Positions 16,610 through 24,902 of a DNA stretch of 32,000 bases are shown here, one piece after another. This DNA is from Mesorhizobium sp. YM1C-6-2. GTDB taxonomy: Bacteria; Pseudomonadota; Alphaproteobacteria; Rhizobiales; Rhizobiaceae. The translations under genes and the position numbers were made by a program. The DNA lies in assembly GCF_003666685.1 (NCBI RefSeq), contig NZ_RCIZ01000013.1, positions 97,507-129,506 of the forward strand, written 5' to 3'. Positions within the stretch are counted from its first letter, which is position 1, and every line of letters starts with the position of its first letter. A model generated the notes under the pieces. That model made no database searches. It was given only the letters and a program-made list of their open reading frames with translations, and had not been told where the DNA came from.

Positions 16610-17691
16610 GGCAGCTCCGCTCCCGCCGGGATGTGCTCGGCGATCGAGCGTAGGATCGATGCGGCCGACGGCAGTTCCGATGCCGCGTCGGCCGTGACGG
16701 AATTCAGGGTGCCGGTGCGCGCCGAATAGACCACCGCGTCGTGGTCGACGCCTGCCTTGCCGATCGCGAACGTAACCTCGGCGCCGGCGACCGGTTGCGA
16801 TGTCTTCGCGAGCACCACTACCTTGGTGTCGCCGCTATTTGCGGACGGCTTCTTCACACCGTCAGATATCCAGAGGTGGAAATCCGCTTCGCCCGCCGCG
16901 AGCTGTCGCGCCACATCGAAACGCCAGGGGTCGAATTCCGGAAAGCCGCGCGCGAAGCTGGTACGCAGAGGGAATCCCGTCATCCAGGTCGAAGCGAGCG
17001 TGCTGCCCCAGCCACCCTCGCTCGCCGGAAGATGCAGGGCGGACGCGCGTGACTTGCGGTTGATGTCGGCAAGCAGGCCCTGCAGCATCTCCAGCGCGAG
17101 CCCATCGGCGGACTGGCCGAAGAACAGGAAGACCGGGAAACGGGCAGTGGCGAGCGCGGCCTGGAAGCGGCTGAAGTTCGATACCGGCGTCGACACCTGA
17201 CGTCCCGCACATTGCGCACGCAACGCCGCAATCGTTCCGCCTAGACCCGCCTTGCCGCAGGAAAGCCGTGTGGCCTTGCGGCCGTTGCCGAGGGTAAGGC
17301 CTCGCCCCCCGCCGCCGACCAGGAAGAATTGGCGCGCATTGATGGCGATGAGATCGGGAACCGTCTCTGCCAGTTCTGCGACAAACTCCCGATGAGCCTC
17401 TGGCAGTTCGCCGACGATCGCAATCAGGTCGGCGCGCCGGCGCACCTCGCCCGGCGCGACGAACATGCCGCCCTTGTCGGTAAGCAGCGCAGTCTCCCGC
17501 GCCAACCCGGCGCCATCAGCGTGGTCGTATGAGGCCCCTACCCGCTCGGCGAGGGCGATCGCCGCGCGTGTGCCATGTATGTCCGTGTCAAAGGTGAAAA
17601 CCGGGCACCGGCTCGCATGCAACAGCGCGGCGGCATGCCGGACCGCGCGCTCCAACAGAGTCTCCCGGTTGCCGATCCAAGCAACCGTCAT
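16603..17691 (-). CDS. fhcB: Formyltransferase/hydrolase complex subunit B (FwdB-like, non-catalytic)
   Basis: 362-aa ORF coupled to fhcA, in the position and with the size expected for FhcB. The assignment rests mainly on operon context and general resemblance to FwdB-type proteins. Confidence 0.75.
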   Translation of the reverse strand: MTVAWIGNRETLLERAVRHAAALLHASRCPVFTFDTDIHGTRAAIALAERVGASYDHADGAGLARETALLTDKGGMFVAPGEVRRRADLIAIVGELPEAHREFVAELAETVPDLIAINARQFFLVGGGGRGLTLGNGRKATRLSCGKAGLGGTIAALRAQCAGRQVSTPVSNFSRFQAALATARFPVFLFFGQSADGLALEMLQGLLADINRKSRASALHLPASEGGWGSTLASTWMTGFPLRTSFARGFPEFDPWRFDVARQLAAGEADFHLWISDGVKKPSANSGDTKVVVLAKTSQPVAGAEVTFAIGKAGVDHDAVVYSARTGTLNSVTADAASELPSAASILRSIAEHIPAGAELPC

Positions 17692-17791
17692 CCACTATAC
17701 TACTTTCTGGTGCCGGCTCTGATTTTAGACGAAAGCAAGTAGGCCGTGAACCCCCAACGCTGTTCAGATTAGCCGATCTTTCGCCGAGGCA

Positions 17792-18172
17792 TCAATCGTA
17801 CTTGACGTAGGCGAAGCGCTGGTCGCTTGGCGGCGTACCCTCCAGCGCACCGCCTTCCTTGCCCGGCTGCCACTGGACGACATCCTCGATCTTCTTTGCC
17901 AGTTCGAAATCCTTGTCGGTGATGCCTTTTGCCGCATGGTTCATCAACTTTACCTCGACCCACGCGTAGGAGGCAGTGATGTCGGGATGATGCCATGCCG
18001 CTTCCGCCAGATGACCGACCGTGTTGATGACCATCAGCGTCGATTTCCAGCTGTGCGTCTTGTATTTCCTGCGTATCCAGCCGTTTTCATATCGCCAGTT
18101 CGGCAGATCCTTCTGCAGCCGCTCGGCGATCTCGGCCTCCGAATAGACCCTTTCTTTTACCTTCTCGCTCAT
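17792..18172 (-). CDS. Pterin-4a-carbinolamine dehydratase (PCD/DCoH)-like protein
   Basis: The ATG at 18172 (GGAG 7-10 nt upstream) gives 126 aa. GHLAEAAWHHPDITASYAWVEVKLMNHA contains the PCD HHPD signature. A ~25-aa C-terminal tail extends beyond the usual domain. Confidence 0.85.
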   Translation of the reverse strand: MSEKVKERVYSEAEIAERLQKDLPNWRYENGWIRRKYKTHSWKSTLMVINTVGHLAEAAWHHPDITASYAWVEVKLMNHAAKGITDKDFELAKKIEDVVQWQPGKEGGALEGTPPSDQRFAYVKYD

Positions 18173-18195
18173 CTCGATCTCCACGGCGTGTCCGG

Positions 18196-18219
18196 CCAGA
18201 AATCGGCCGGCATTTCTGG
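18196..18219. promoter_or_regulatory. Perfect 8-bp inverted repeat CCAGAAAT-N8-ATTTCTGG in the divergent PCD-like / mptG control region
   Basis: 18196-18203 is the exact reverse complement of 18212-18219, with spacer CGGCCGGC. It lies 24 nt upstream of the PCD-like start on the minus strand and ~100 nt upstream of mptG. It could be an operator or a 5'-leader hairpin. Confidence 0.3.
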
Positions 18220-18321
18220 TTGAGGAAGCCCGGGCGGCTTGCCCTGAAGGTGAAAGCCGCTATCATAGCGTCGGGCACCTAAAACTTCCGTGATGCATAT
18301 GATGCACCCACCGGGGGGCAG

Positions 18322-19290
18322 ATGTCGAATTCTGTTACCATAAGAGTGCCCGCCCGCCTCCATCTCGGCTTTCTTGACCCCAGCGGCGGCAGCGGCCGTC
18401 GCTTCGGCAGCCTTGGCCTGCCGTTGAGCGAGCCCGAAACCGTGGTGACGCTGTCGCGGTCGAGCGAGACTGTCGTCATCGGTCCGGAAAGCGATCGCGC
18501 CGCAGCGCATCTCGCTACCATGACGAGCCGCCTCGGCATTCGGGCCCGGCACCGGCTCGTCGTCGAAGAAGCAATCCCCCGCCACGCCGGGCTCGGCTCC
18601 GGCACGCAGATCGCGCTCGCGGTCGCGGCGGCTCTGCGCACGCTCCACGGCCTGCCCCTCGACACGGAGGGCGACGCGAAGCTGCTGGCGCGCGGCAACC
18701 GGTCCGGCATCGGCATCGCCAGCTTCGCCGAGGGCGGCGTCATCGTCGATGCGGGCAATGACGGCAGCGGCCGGCCGCCACCGGTCGTGGCGCGGCTGCC
18801 TTTTCCGGACGACTGGCGCGTCATCCTCGTTCTCGACCAGGCGCAGGGTGGGCTACACGGCGACCAGGAAATCGAAGCCTTCCGTGCCCTGCCGCCCTTC
18901 CCTGCAAGCGGTGTTGGCGAGATTTGCCGGCATGTGCTGACCGGCGTCATGCCGGGGCTGGTCGAGCAGGATATCGATGCCTTCGGCTCGGCGGTCGCGG
19001 CCATCCAGATGCTCGTCGGCGAGCATTTCGCACCGGCCCAGGGCGGCATCTTCACCTCGAAGCGCGTCGAGGCGGCAACCCGTCGTCTTGCAGCGGCAGG
19101 CGCCGTTGGTATCGGCCAGAGTTCGTGGGGTCCGACCGGCTTCGTCTTCGCTGCATCGCAAGCCGCAGCGGCGACGATGGTTGCTGCTGAGAAGAAAGTC
19201 GCCGAGGGCGGCATCGAGATAAGGATCGTCCAGGGTCGGAATTCCGGCGCCGAGATCAGTTCGACCGGCCTCAACCTCGTCGGCAGTTGA
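18322..19290 (+). CDS. mptG: Beta-ribofuranosylaminobenzene 5'-phosphate synthase (H4MPT biosynthesis, GHMP-kinase fold)
   Basis: 322 aa. N-terminus VTIRVPARLHLGFLD and GHMP motif PRHAGLGSGTQIALAVAAAL. G-rich SD (GGGGGG 18314-18319). Confidence 0.85.
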   Translation: MSNSVTIRVPARLHLGFLDPSGGSGRRFGSLGLPLSEPETVVTLSRSSETVVIGPESDRAAAHLATMTSRLGIRARHRLVVEEAIPRHAGLGSGTQIALAVAAALRTLHGLPLDTEGDAKLLARGNRSGIGIASFAEGGVIVDAGNDGSGRPPPVVARLPFPDDWRVILVLDQAQGGLHGDQEIEAFRALPPFPASGVGEICRHVLTGVMPGLVEQDIDAFGSAVAAIQMLVGEHFAPAQGGIFTSKRVEAATRRLAAAGAVGIGQSSWGPTGFVFAASQAAAATMVAAEKKVAEGGIEIRIVQGRNSGAEISSTGLNLVGS

Positions 19291-19359
19291 CTGCCCGGCG
19301 CTATCGGATTCGCGATCACGTAAAGATTTGGCAGGGCGCCCCAAGGCGGAGACCATGAA

Positions 19360-20256
19360 ATGAGCCGTAAGCACATTCTTCATATGCTGACACCGCTGGC
19401 GCATATGAGTCCCTTCGACGTCAACATGGCGCTCGACGCCGGCTTCGACGCCGTCGTGCCTTATGTTGGCGTCGGTCCCGGCGAGGTGACGGGCCTCGTG
19501 CAGGACGCCATCTTCTCGCGGCCGCCGGACGCCGGCATCGACACGGGCATCTTCATCGGCGGTAAGGATGTCTCGCTGGCGCTCGACATGTTCGACGCCG
19601 CCAGGAAAGCGATGGTGCCGCCCTTCCAGGTCTCGGTGTTCGCCGATCCGGCCGGCTCCTTCACCACCGCCGCGGCGATGGTCGCCAAGGTCGAGAAGGC
19701 GCTGGAGAAGAAGTTCGAGCGCGGCCTGAAGGACACCAGCATCGCCGTCTTCGGCGCGACCGGCGTAGTTGGCTTCTGCACCGCCGTCATCGCCGCCAAG
19801 GAGGGCGCCAAGGTCACCATCATCGGCCATGACGGCGTCGAGCGGGTACAGAAGGTGGCGGACGAGATCAAGGCGCGTTTCGGCGCCGGCGTTGAAGCGG
19901 AGGACGGTTCGACCGAGGCAAAAAAAACAGCGCTTGCTGAGAATGCCGAAGTGATCCTGACCGCGGCCAAGGCGGGGGTGCAGGTGATCTCGAAGGCGCA
20001 GCTCTCGGCTGCGGGCAAGTTGCTGATCGCTTCCGATGTGAACGCCGTGCCGCCCGCCGGCATCGAAGGGCTGGCCGTCAACGCCAACAGCGATCCGCTC
20101 GAAGGAACGAAAGCGGTGGGCATCGGCCCGCTCGCCGTCGGCAACGTTAAGTACAAGGTGGAATTCGGTCTTTTCAAACGGATGATAGAGGCAGAAAAGA
20201 CCGTCACCTTCGATTTCCAGGACGCGTTTTCATTTGCTCGCGAGATCGCCAAATAA
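19360..20256 (+). CDS. mtdB: NAD(P)-dependent methylene-tetrahydromethanopterin dehydrogenase
   Basis: 298 aa. ILHMLTPLAHMSPFDVNMALDAGFD...GIFIGGKDV...FADPAGSFTTAAAMVA...ASDVNAVPPAGIEG...GNVKYK closely recalls Methylobacterium MtdB. GGAG lies 8 nt upstream. Confidence 0.93.
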   Translation: MSRKHILHMLTPLAHMSPFDVNMALDAGFDAVVPYVGVGPGEVTGLVQDAIFSRPPDAGIDTGIFIGGKDVSLALDMFDAARKAMVPPFQVSVFADPAGSFTTAAAMVAKVEKALEKKFERGLKDTSIAVFGATGVVGFCTAVIAAKEGAKVTIIGHDGVERVQKVADEIKARFGAGVEAEDGSTEAKKTALAENAEVILTAAKAGVQVISKAQLSAAGKLLIASDVNAVPPAGIEGLAVNANSDPLEGTKAVGIGPLAVGNVKYKVEFGLFKRMIEAEKTVTFDFQDAFSFAREIAK

Positions 20257-21364
20257 CGCCGGCCTCCTTTTGATCGCCGCGATCTCGGGTCGTGCGCTGG
20301 CGGCAGCCGCGCGACGGGCGGGCTATCGTCCGCTGGTCGCCGACTTGTTCTGCGACACCGACACCGTCGCCTTGGCTGAACGCGCAACGATGCTGCCGGG
20401 CGACCTGCAGCGCGGCATCGATAGCGCGCGGCTGGTCGAAACGCTCCACCAGCTCACGGGCAGCGACCGGCCGGTCGCCCTCGTCCTCGGCTCGGGCTTC
20501 GAGCGCGAGCCCGAGATCGTCGATGAGCTCGCCCGCCACTTTCCGCTCGCCGGCAACAGGACCGTGGCGATCCGCAGGGTGAAGGACCCCCGGATGCTCG
20601 CCGCGGACTGCGCCGAACTCGGCATCCCGCACCCGCAGTTCCGCTGGGACGCGCCGCCCGATCCGGAGAACTGGGTGGTGAAGACGGCCGGCGGCGCCGG
20701 CGGCTCGCATGTCAGGCGAGCGAACGGCGACATAGAGATGACTGGCCGCTATTTTCAGCGTTTCGTTCCCGGACAAAGCTTTTCGGCGCTATTCGTCGGC
20801 GACGGCAAAGGTGCGCGTGTCGTCGGCTTCAGCCGGCAATGGACTTCGCCGGTGCCCGGAGCGCCCTACCGCTATGGGGGCGCAGTGCGGCTGCGGCGCA
20901 TCGACCGGGAGGATTCGGCAGCGATCGGCGGCTGGCTCGACGGCCTCGCGCGCCGCGCCGGTCTGGTGGGGCTCTGCAGCGCGGATTTCATCCGCAACGA
21001 AGACGGTTACCATCTCGTCGAGATCAATCCTCGCCCTGGCGCCACGCTCGACATCTTCGACAGCACCGAAGCACCACTGATGGAAGCGCATCTCAGAGCC
21101 GCAAACGGCGAAGTCTATGCGGTCCCCCGCTTCGCGGATGCGATGGCGTCGATGATCGCCTACGCGTCAACGCCGGTCGCGAATTTTCCAGCCGTCACAT
21201 GGCCAGACTGGACGGCCGACCATCAATCGCCGGGCACGAGGCTGGTCGCCGGCGACCCGGTCTGCACAGTCTTCGCGCGCGGCCCGAATGCCGCGGAAAC
21301 CCGAAAAATCGTGCAGGCGCAAGTGAAGATGTTGCAGCGTTACTGGGAAGGAGATGCGACATGA
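20234..21364 (+). CDS. ATP-grasp domain ligase of the H4MPT/methylofuran cluster (Orf5-type)
   Basis: 376 aa with ATP-grasp elements WVVKTAGGAGGSHV and YHLVEINPRPGATLDIF. The TTG start at 20234 overlaps the mtdB end, and an in-frame TTG at 20270 is an alternative. ATGA overlap with mch. Confidence 0.8.
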   Translation: MLARSPNNAGLLLIAAISGRALAAAARRAGYRPLVADLFCDTDTVALAERATMLPGDLQRGIDSARLVETLHQLTGSDRPVALVLGSGFEREPEIVDELARHFPLAGNRTVAIRRVKDPRMLAADCAELGIPHPQFRWDAPPDPENWVVKTAGGAGGSHVRRANGDIEMTGRYFQRFVPGQSFSALFVGDGKGARVVGFSRQWTSPVPGAPYRYGGAVRLRRIDREDSAAIGGWLDGLARRAGLVGLCSADFIRNEDGYHLVEINPRPGATLDIFDSTEAPLMEAHLRAANGEVYAVPRFADAMASMIAYASTPVANFPAVTWPDWTADHQSPGTRLVAGDPVCTVFARGPNAAETRKIVQAQVKMLQRYWEGDAT

Positions 21365-22317
21365 AGGATGGTTCGGCATCCCTGAACGACAGTGCGCAAC
21401 GCATCGTCGACGGCATGATCGGCGACGCCGAGCGGCTGCGTATCAATGTCTCCAAGGGTCCTTCGGGCGAGACGCTGATCGATACCGGTGCCAAGGCTCA
21501 AGGCGGTATCGAGGCCGGGCTGCGTATGGCAGAGGCGTCGATGGGCGGTCTCGGCACGATCTCGGCGGGGCTGGACCGCTCGCTCAAGAAATGGCCGCTC
21601 ACGGTGGAGGTGCGCAGCTCGCAGCCGGCGATCGCTTGTCTCGCTTCGCAATATGCCGGCTGGAACCTGTCGAGCGGCAAATATTTCGCCATGGGTTCGG
21701 GCCCGGCACGGGCGCTCGCGCGGGTCGAGCCGCTGTTTGAGAAGCTAGGCTACAGGGACGCAGCCTCGTCGGCTGTGCTTGTGCTGGAGACAGCGGAACC
21801 GCCGCCTGACGCAGTCGTGCAGAAGGTCGCCCACGCCACCGGACTGGCAGCCGACCGGCTCACCTTCCTCTATGCTCCGACCCAGAGCCTTGCAGCGACG
21901 GTGCAGATCGTCTCGCGCGTGCTTGAGGTTGCCCTGCACAAGGCCAACGATCTCCGCTTTCCGCTGGAGAACATCGTGGATGGAATCGGCGCGTCCCCTA
22001 TCCCTGCCCCGCATCCGGATTTCCTCACCGCTATGGGCCGCACCAACGATGCGATCATCTATGGCGGCCTGGTCCAGCTCTTTGTCAAAGGCACGGCAAA
22101 AGACGCCAGGGAACTCGCCGAGAAGCTGCCGAGCCTGGCCTCACGGGATTTCGGCGAACCCTTTGCCCGGATATTCGAGCGGTTCAAGGGTGACTTCTAT
22201 GCCATCGACCCGCTGCTGTTCAGTCCGGCCGAAGTCATCGTGACCGCGATCGAGACCGGCGATACGTACCGCGCCGGCGGGCGCGACGAGATGATGCTCG
22301 AACGGAGCCTGGGATAG
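21361..22317 (+). CDS. mch: Methenyltetrahydromethanopterin cyclohydrolase
   Basis: The ATG at 21361 gives 318 aa: SQYAGWNL...YFAMGSGPARAL...AMGRTNDAIIYGG...FYAIDPLLFSPAEV are Mch hallmarks. The 174 upstream codons of the track ORF (20839-21360) are an out-of-frame overlap with the ATP-grasp gene. Confidence 0.93.
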   Translation: MKDGSASLNDSAQRIVDGMIGDAERLRINVSKGPSGETLIDTGAKAQGGIEAGLRMAEASMGGLGTISAGLDRSLKKWPLTVEVRSSQPAIACLASQYAGWNLSSGKYFAMGSGPARALARVEPLFEKLGYRDAASSAVLVLETAEPPPDAVVQKVAHATGLAADRLTFLYAPTQSLAATVQIVSRVLEVALHKANDLRFPLENIVDGIGASPIPAPHPDFLTAMGRTNDAIIYGGLVQLFVKGTAKDARELAEKLPSLASRDFGEPFARIFERFKGDFYAIDPLLFSPAEVIVTAIETGDTYRAGGRDEMMLERSLG

Positions 22318-22359
22318 TCCGTTGGGCGAAACACGCTTCGATCATTCAAGGCCGGCCGC

Positions 22360-23298
22360 ATGACCCCGCGCATCCTCGTCGTCAGCGACAATTCCGACGC
22401 GCGCTCCAGAGGATTGGCGAAAAGCCTGCGCCAACGCGGCGCCATCGCGGTGACCGCGCCGCTCGCCGCGATCGCCTTCGACACCGGCCGGCTGAGCGGC
22501 CTCGCCATACCGGGCTTCGGCCAGCGCCTGCCCGACGCGGTGCTTGTGCGCTCAGTCGCCGCCGGGTCGTTCGAGGCGATCACGCGGCGGCTCGGCGTGC
22601 TCCACGCGCTCGGACGGCTTTCGGTGCCCGTCTGGAATTCGGCGCAGGCGATCGAGCGCTGCGTCGACAAGTCGATGACGACATTCCTGCTGCAGAATGC
22701 CGGCCTGCCTACGCCGCCGACCTTCGCCGTCGAGGGCCGTGCGGCGGCCGAGGAGATCGCCGAACGCGAGTTGCCCAAGACGCCACTGGTGCTGAAGCCG
22801 CTCTTCGGCGCGCAGGGACGCGGCATAAAAATGATCCGCTCGCTCGCCGACCTGCCTGCGCCGGAAACCGTGAGCGAAGTCTACTACCTCCAGCACTATG
22901 TGCCGCGCGCGGGTCCTCCCTTCCGCGACTTCCGCATCTTCGTGGTCGCCGGCAGGGCGGTCGCCATGATGAGCCGACGCGGCGAGGACTGGATCACCAA
23001 CGTCAACCGGGGGGCAGTGCCGGAGCAGATTTCCGGCCACGACGAGAACGAGCTGGCGGAACTCGCCATCGCCGCTGCGAATGCCGTCGGAGCGGACTTT
23101 GCCGGGGTCGACATCGTGCCCGCGGCCGACGGCAGCCTGCTAGTGCTCGAGGTCAACAGCATGCCGGCATGGTCAGGGCTGCAATCGGTCGCCGCGGTCA
23201 ATATATCGGACGCGATCGCCGAGGCCCTGCTGAAGACCGTCGCCGACAGGGCGGAGGCGGCGCGCCCCTACCGCTTCGCCTCGCCGGCAAATTCATGA
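22360..23298 (+). CDS. RimK-family ATP-grasp alpha-L-glutamate ligase (MptN/Orf7-type)
   Basis: 312 aa. DKSMTTFLLQNAGLPTPPT, LVLKPLFGAQGRGI, ITNVNRGA and LVLEVNSMPAWSGLQ are RimK-type motifs. Confidence 0.85.
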   Translation: MTPRILVVSDNSDARSRGLAKSLRQRGAIAVTAPLAAIAFDTGRLSGLAIPGFGQRLPDAVLVRSVAAGSFEAITRRLGVLHALGRLSVPVWNSAQAIERCVDKSMTTFLLQNAGLPTPPTFAVEGRAAAEEIAERELPKTPLVLKPLFGAQGRGIKMIRSLADLPAPETVSEVYYLQHYVPRAGPPFRDFRIFVVAGRAVAMMSRRGEDWITNVNRGAVPEQISGHDENELAELAIAAANAVGADFAGVDIVPAADGSLLVLEVNSMPAWSGLQSVAAVNISDAIAEALLKTVADRAEAARPYRFASPANS

Positions 23299-24158
23299 GT
23301 TTTTCGCGTGACGAGTTGCGGGCCGCATACGAGGAAGCGTGCCGCCGCGAGATCGAGGCGCTGAAGCCCGGCAACGTCCATGTCTTCGCCGACGGGCACC
23401 GCATGTCCGCCGACCAGTTCCTCACCAGCGCGGAAGTCTCATCCGGTCCGCTCACCGACCCCGGCCTGCCTGTCGGACGGCGTATCCTCGAGGCGGTCCG
23501 CGCGACGCGAAAGGCCGTCGACACCAACACCAATCTCGGCATCGTCCTGCTCTGCGCACCGCTGGCCCGCGCAGCCGAAATGGCCGGCGGCGAACTCCGC
23601 CAGAACCTCGGCAAGGTCCTCGACGAATTGGATATGGACGATGCGGCAGCCGTCTTCGAGGCGATCGTGCTCGCCTCTCCCGGCGGGCTCGGATCGGCCG
23701 ACGCGCACGACGTCAGGGAAACGCCTAAGGTCGGTCTTGTCGAGGCGATGCGGGGGGCTGCCGGGCGGGACCGGATCGCCCACCAATATATCTCGCGCTA
23801 CGAGGACGTGTTCGGCATTGGCCTTCCCGCCATAGAAGCGGCCCTCACCCGCGGCGAAAGCGGCATATGGCCGACGGTCTTCGCCTACATGGCCTTCTTT
23901 GCCCGCTTTCCGGACAGCCATCTCGCGCGCAAGCACGGCCCGGAAATCGCCGAGTCCGTGCGACAAGAGGCCGCTGCCGTCAACGCATCGCTGGATGCGG
24001 CCGGCGACGAGATGGCCCGCATCGCCTTGCTCATGGATTTCGACCGGAGCCTTAAGGCGCGCGACATCAACCCCGGAACTTCCGCCGATCTGACCGTCGC
24101 CAGTCTTTTCGTCCATGCGCTTAGGTTCAACTTGCATAAAGCAAGCGTTGATGCTTGA
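23295..24158 (+). CDS. Triphosphoribosyl-dephospho-CoA synthase (CitG/MdcB)-like protein of the H4MPT cluster
   Basis: The ATG at 23295 (ATGA overlap with the RimK-like stop) gives 287 aa: KPGNVH..., DTNTNLGIVLLCAPLA, INPGTSADLTVASLF. Confidence 0.85.
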   Translation: MSFSRDELRAAYEEACRREIEALKPGNVHVFADGHRMSADQFLTSAEVSSGPLTDPGLPVGRRILEAVRATRKAVDTNTNLGIVLLCAPLARAAEMAGGELRQNLGKVLDELDMDDAAAVFEAIVLASPGGLGSADAHDVRETPKVGLVEAMRGAAGRDRIAHQYISRYEDVFGIGLPAIEAALTRGESGIWPTVFAYMAFFARFPDSHLARKHGPEIAESVRQEAAAVNASLDAAGDEMARIALLMDFDRSLKARDINPGTSADLTVASLFVHALRFNLHKASVDA

Positions 24159-24306
24159 ATTTCATTCGTGGGAGCAGTGCTTCCACGGCTATCTAGCCAA
24201 CCGGTCCGGTCAGTCCGGACGCTGCCAACAAGGATAGTCGTCCATCGAGCGCCCGCTCGGTTGCGGCGTCTTTGGACTCCATAATTTTGTCTTGGAGGAA
24301 ATTGGC

Positions 24307-24813
24307 ATGGCTAAAATCTCGAAAGTGATGGTCGGTGAATCGCTGGTCGGCGACGGCAATGAAGTCGCCCATGTTGACCTGCTCATCGGACCGCGGGGGA
24401 GCGCAGTCGAAGCGGCCTTTTGCAATGCTCTCACCAACAACAAGGACGGCTTTACATCGTTGCTGGCGGTGATTGCACCGAACCTTCAATGCAAGCCCAA
24501 CACGGTGATGTTCAACAAGGTGACGATCAAGGGCGCCAAGCAGGCCGTCCAGATGTTCGGCCCGGCCCAGCATGCGGTCGCAAAGGCCGTCCAGGACGCC
24601 GTTGCCGAGGGAATCATCCCCGCCAACGAAGCCGACGACGTCTTCATCTGCGTTGGCGTGTTCATCCACTGGGATGCCGCGGACGACGCCAAGATCCAGC
24701 AGTACAACTACCAGGCGACGAAGGAAGCCATCCAGCGCGCGGTCGAGGGCAAGCCCACCGCCGCCGAGGCGACCGCGCAACGGGACCAGGTGAAGCATCC
24801 TTTCGCGGCCTAG
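24307..24813 (+). CDS. fae: Formaldehyde-activating enzyme (5,6,7,8-tetrahydromethanopterin hydro-lyase)
   Basis: 168 aa from the ATG at 24307 (GGAGG at 24294-24298). [32 protein letters not shown]...[24 protein letters not shown]...VQMFGPAQH...[18 protein letters not shown] is near-colinear with Methylobacterium Fae as I recall it. Confidence 0.95.
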   Translation: MAKISKVMVGESLVGDGNEVAHVDLLIGPRGSAVEAAFCNALTNNKDGFTSLLAVIAPNLQCKPNTVMFNKVTIKGAKQAVQMFGPAQHAVAKAVQDAVAEGIIPANEADDVFICVGVFIHWDAADDAKIQQYNYQATKEAIQRAVEGKPTAAEATAQRDQVKHPFAA

Positions 24814-24902
24814 ACACGAGACAGCCCCGCACAGGCAAAACCCTCTGCCGAACCGGATGGTCTGCTGCGCCGGCTGAAGGCGTTTTTAGGCCTCTGACGC
24901 TA

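Noticed and set aside
15380-16729. 449-aa plus-strand ORF antisense to fhcA/fhcB
   Set aside because: High-GC antisense artefact. fhcA in the opposite frame has clear amidohydrolase motifs.
17692-17791. Relatively AT-rich 100-nt gap between the PCD-like gene and fhcB as a defined promoter (for example TTGCTT / TAAAAT / TAGTAT hexamers)
   Set aside because: The hexamers have wrong spacing for a sigma-70 promoter, and I cannot define -35/-10 elements with confidence from sequence alone. No convincing terminator hairpin is present either.
18292-18306. Direct repeat GATGCA-TAT-GATGCA just upstream of the mptG ribosome-binding site
   Set aside because: Two 6-mers are too short to distinguish from chance. 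I kept only the longer perfect dyad at 18196-18219 as a candidate regulatory site.
19355-19363. Two-codon mini-ORF ATGAAATGA whose stop overlaps the mtdB start codon
   Set aside because: The GGAG at 19348-19351 is only 3 nt from the first ATG but 8 nt from the mtdB ATG, so the mini-ORF is unlikely to be initiated. It is most simply a coincidence.
18279-20387. Minus-strand ORFs of 308-365 aa (18279-19376, 18853-19830, 19461-20387) opposite mptG and mtdB
   Set aside because: They are antisense to strongly supported genes, and their translations are Ala/Arg/Ser/Pro-rich with no motifs.
20839-21360. 174-codon N-terminal extension of the mch ORF in the track (492 aa)
   Set aside because: The extension overlaps the ATP-grasp gene in another frame and is Arg-rich nonsense. 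Mch homology starts at the ATG at 21361, which forms an ATGA junction with the upstream stop.
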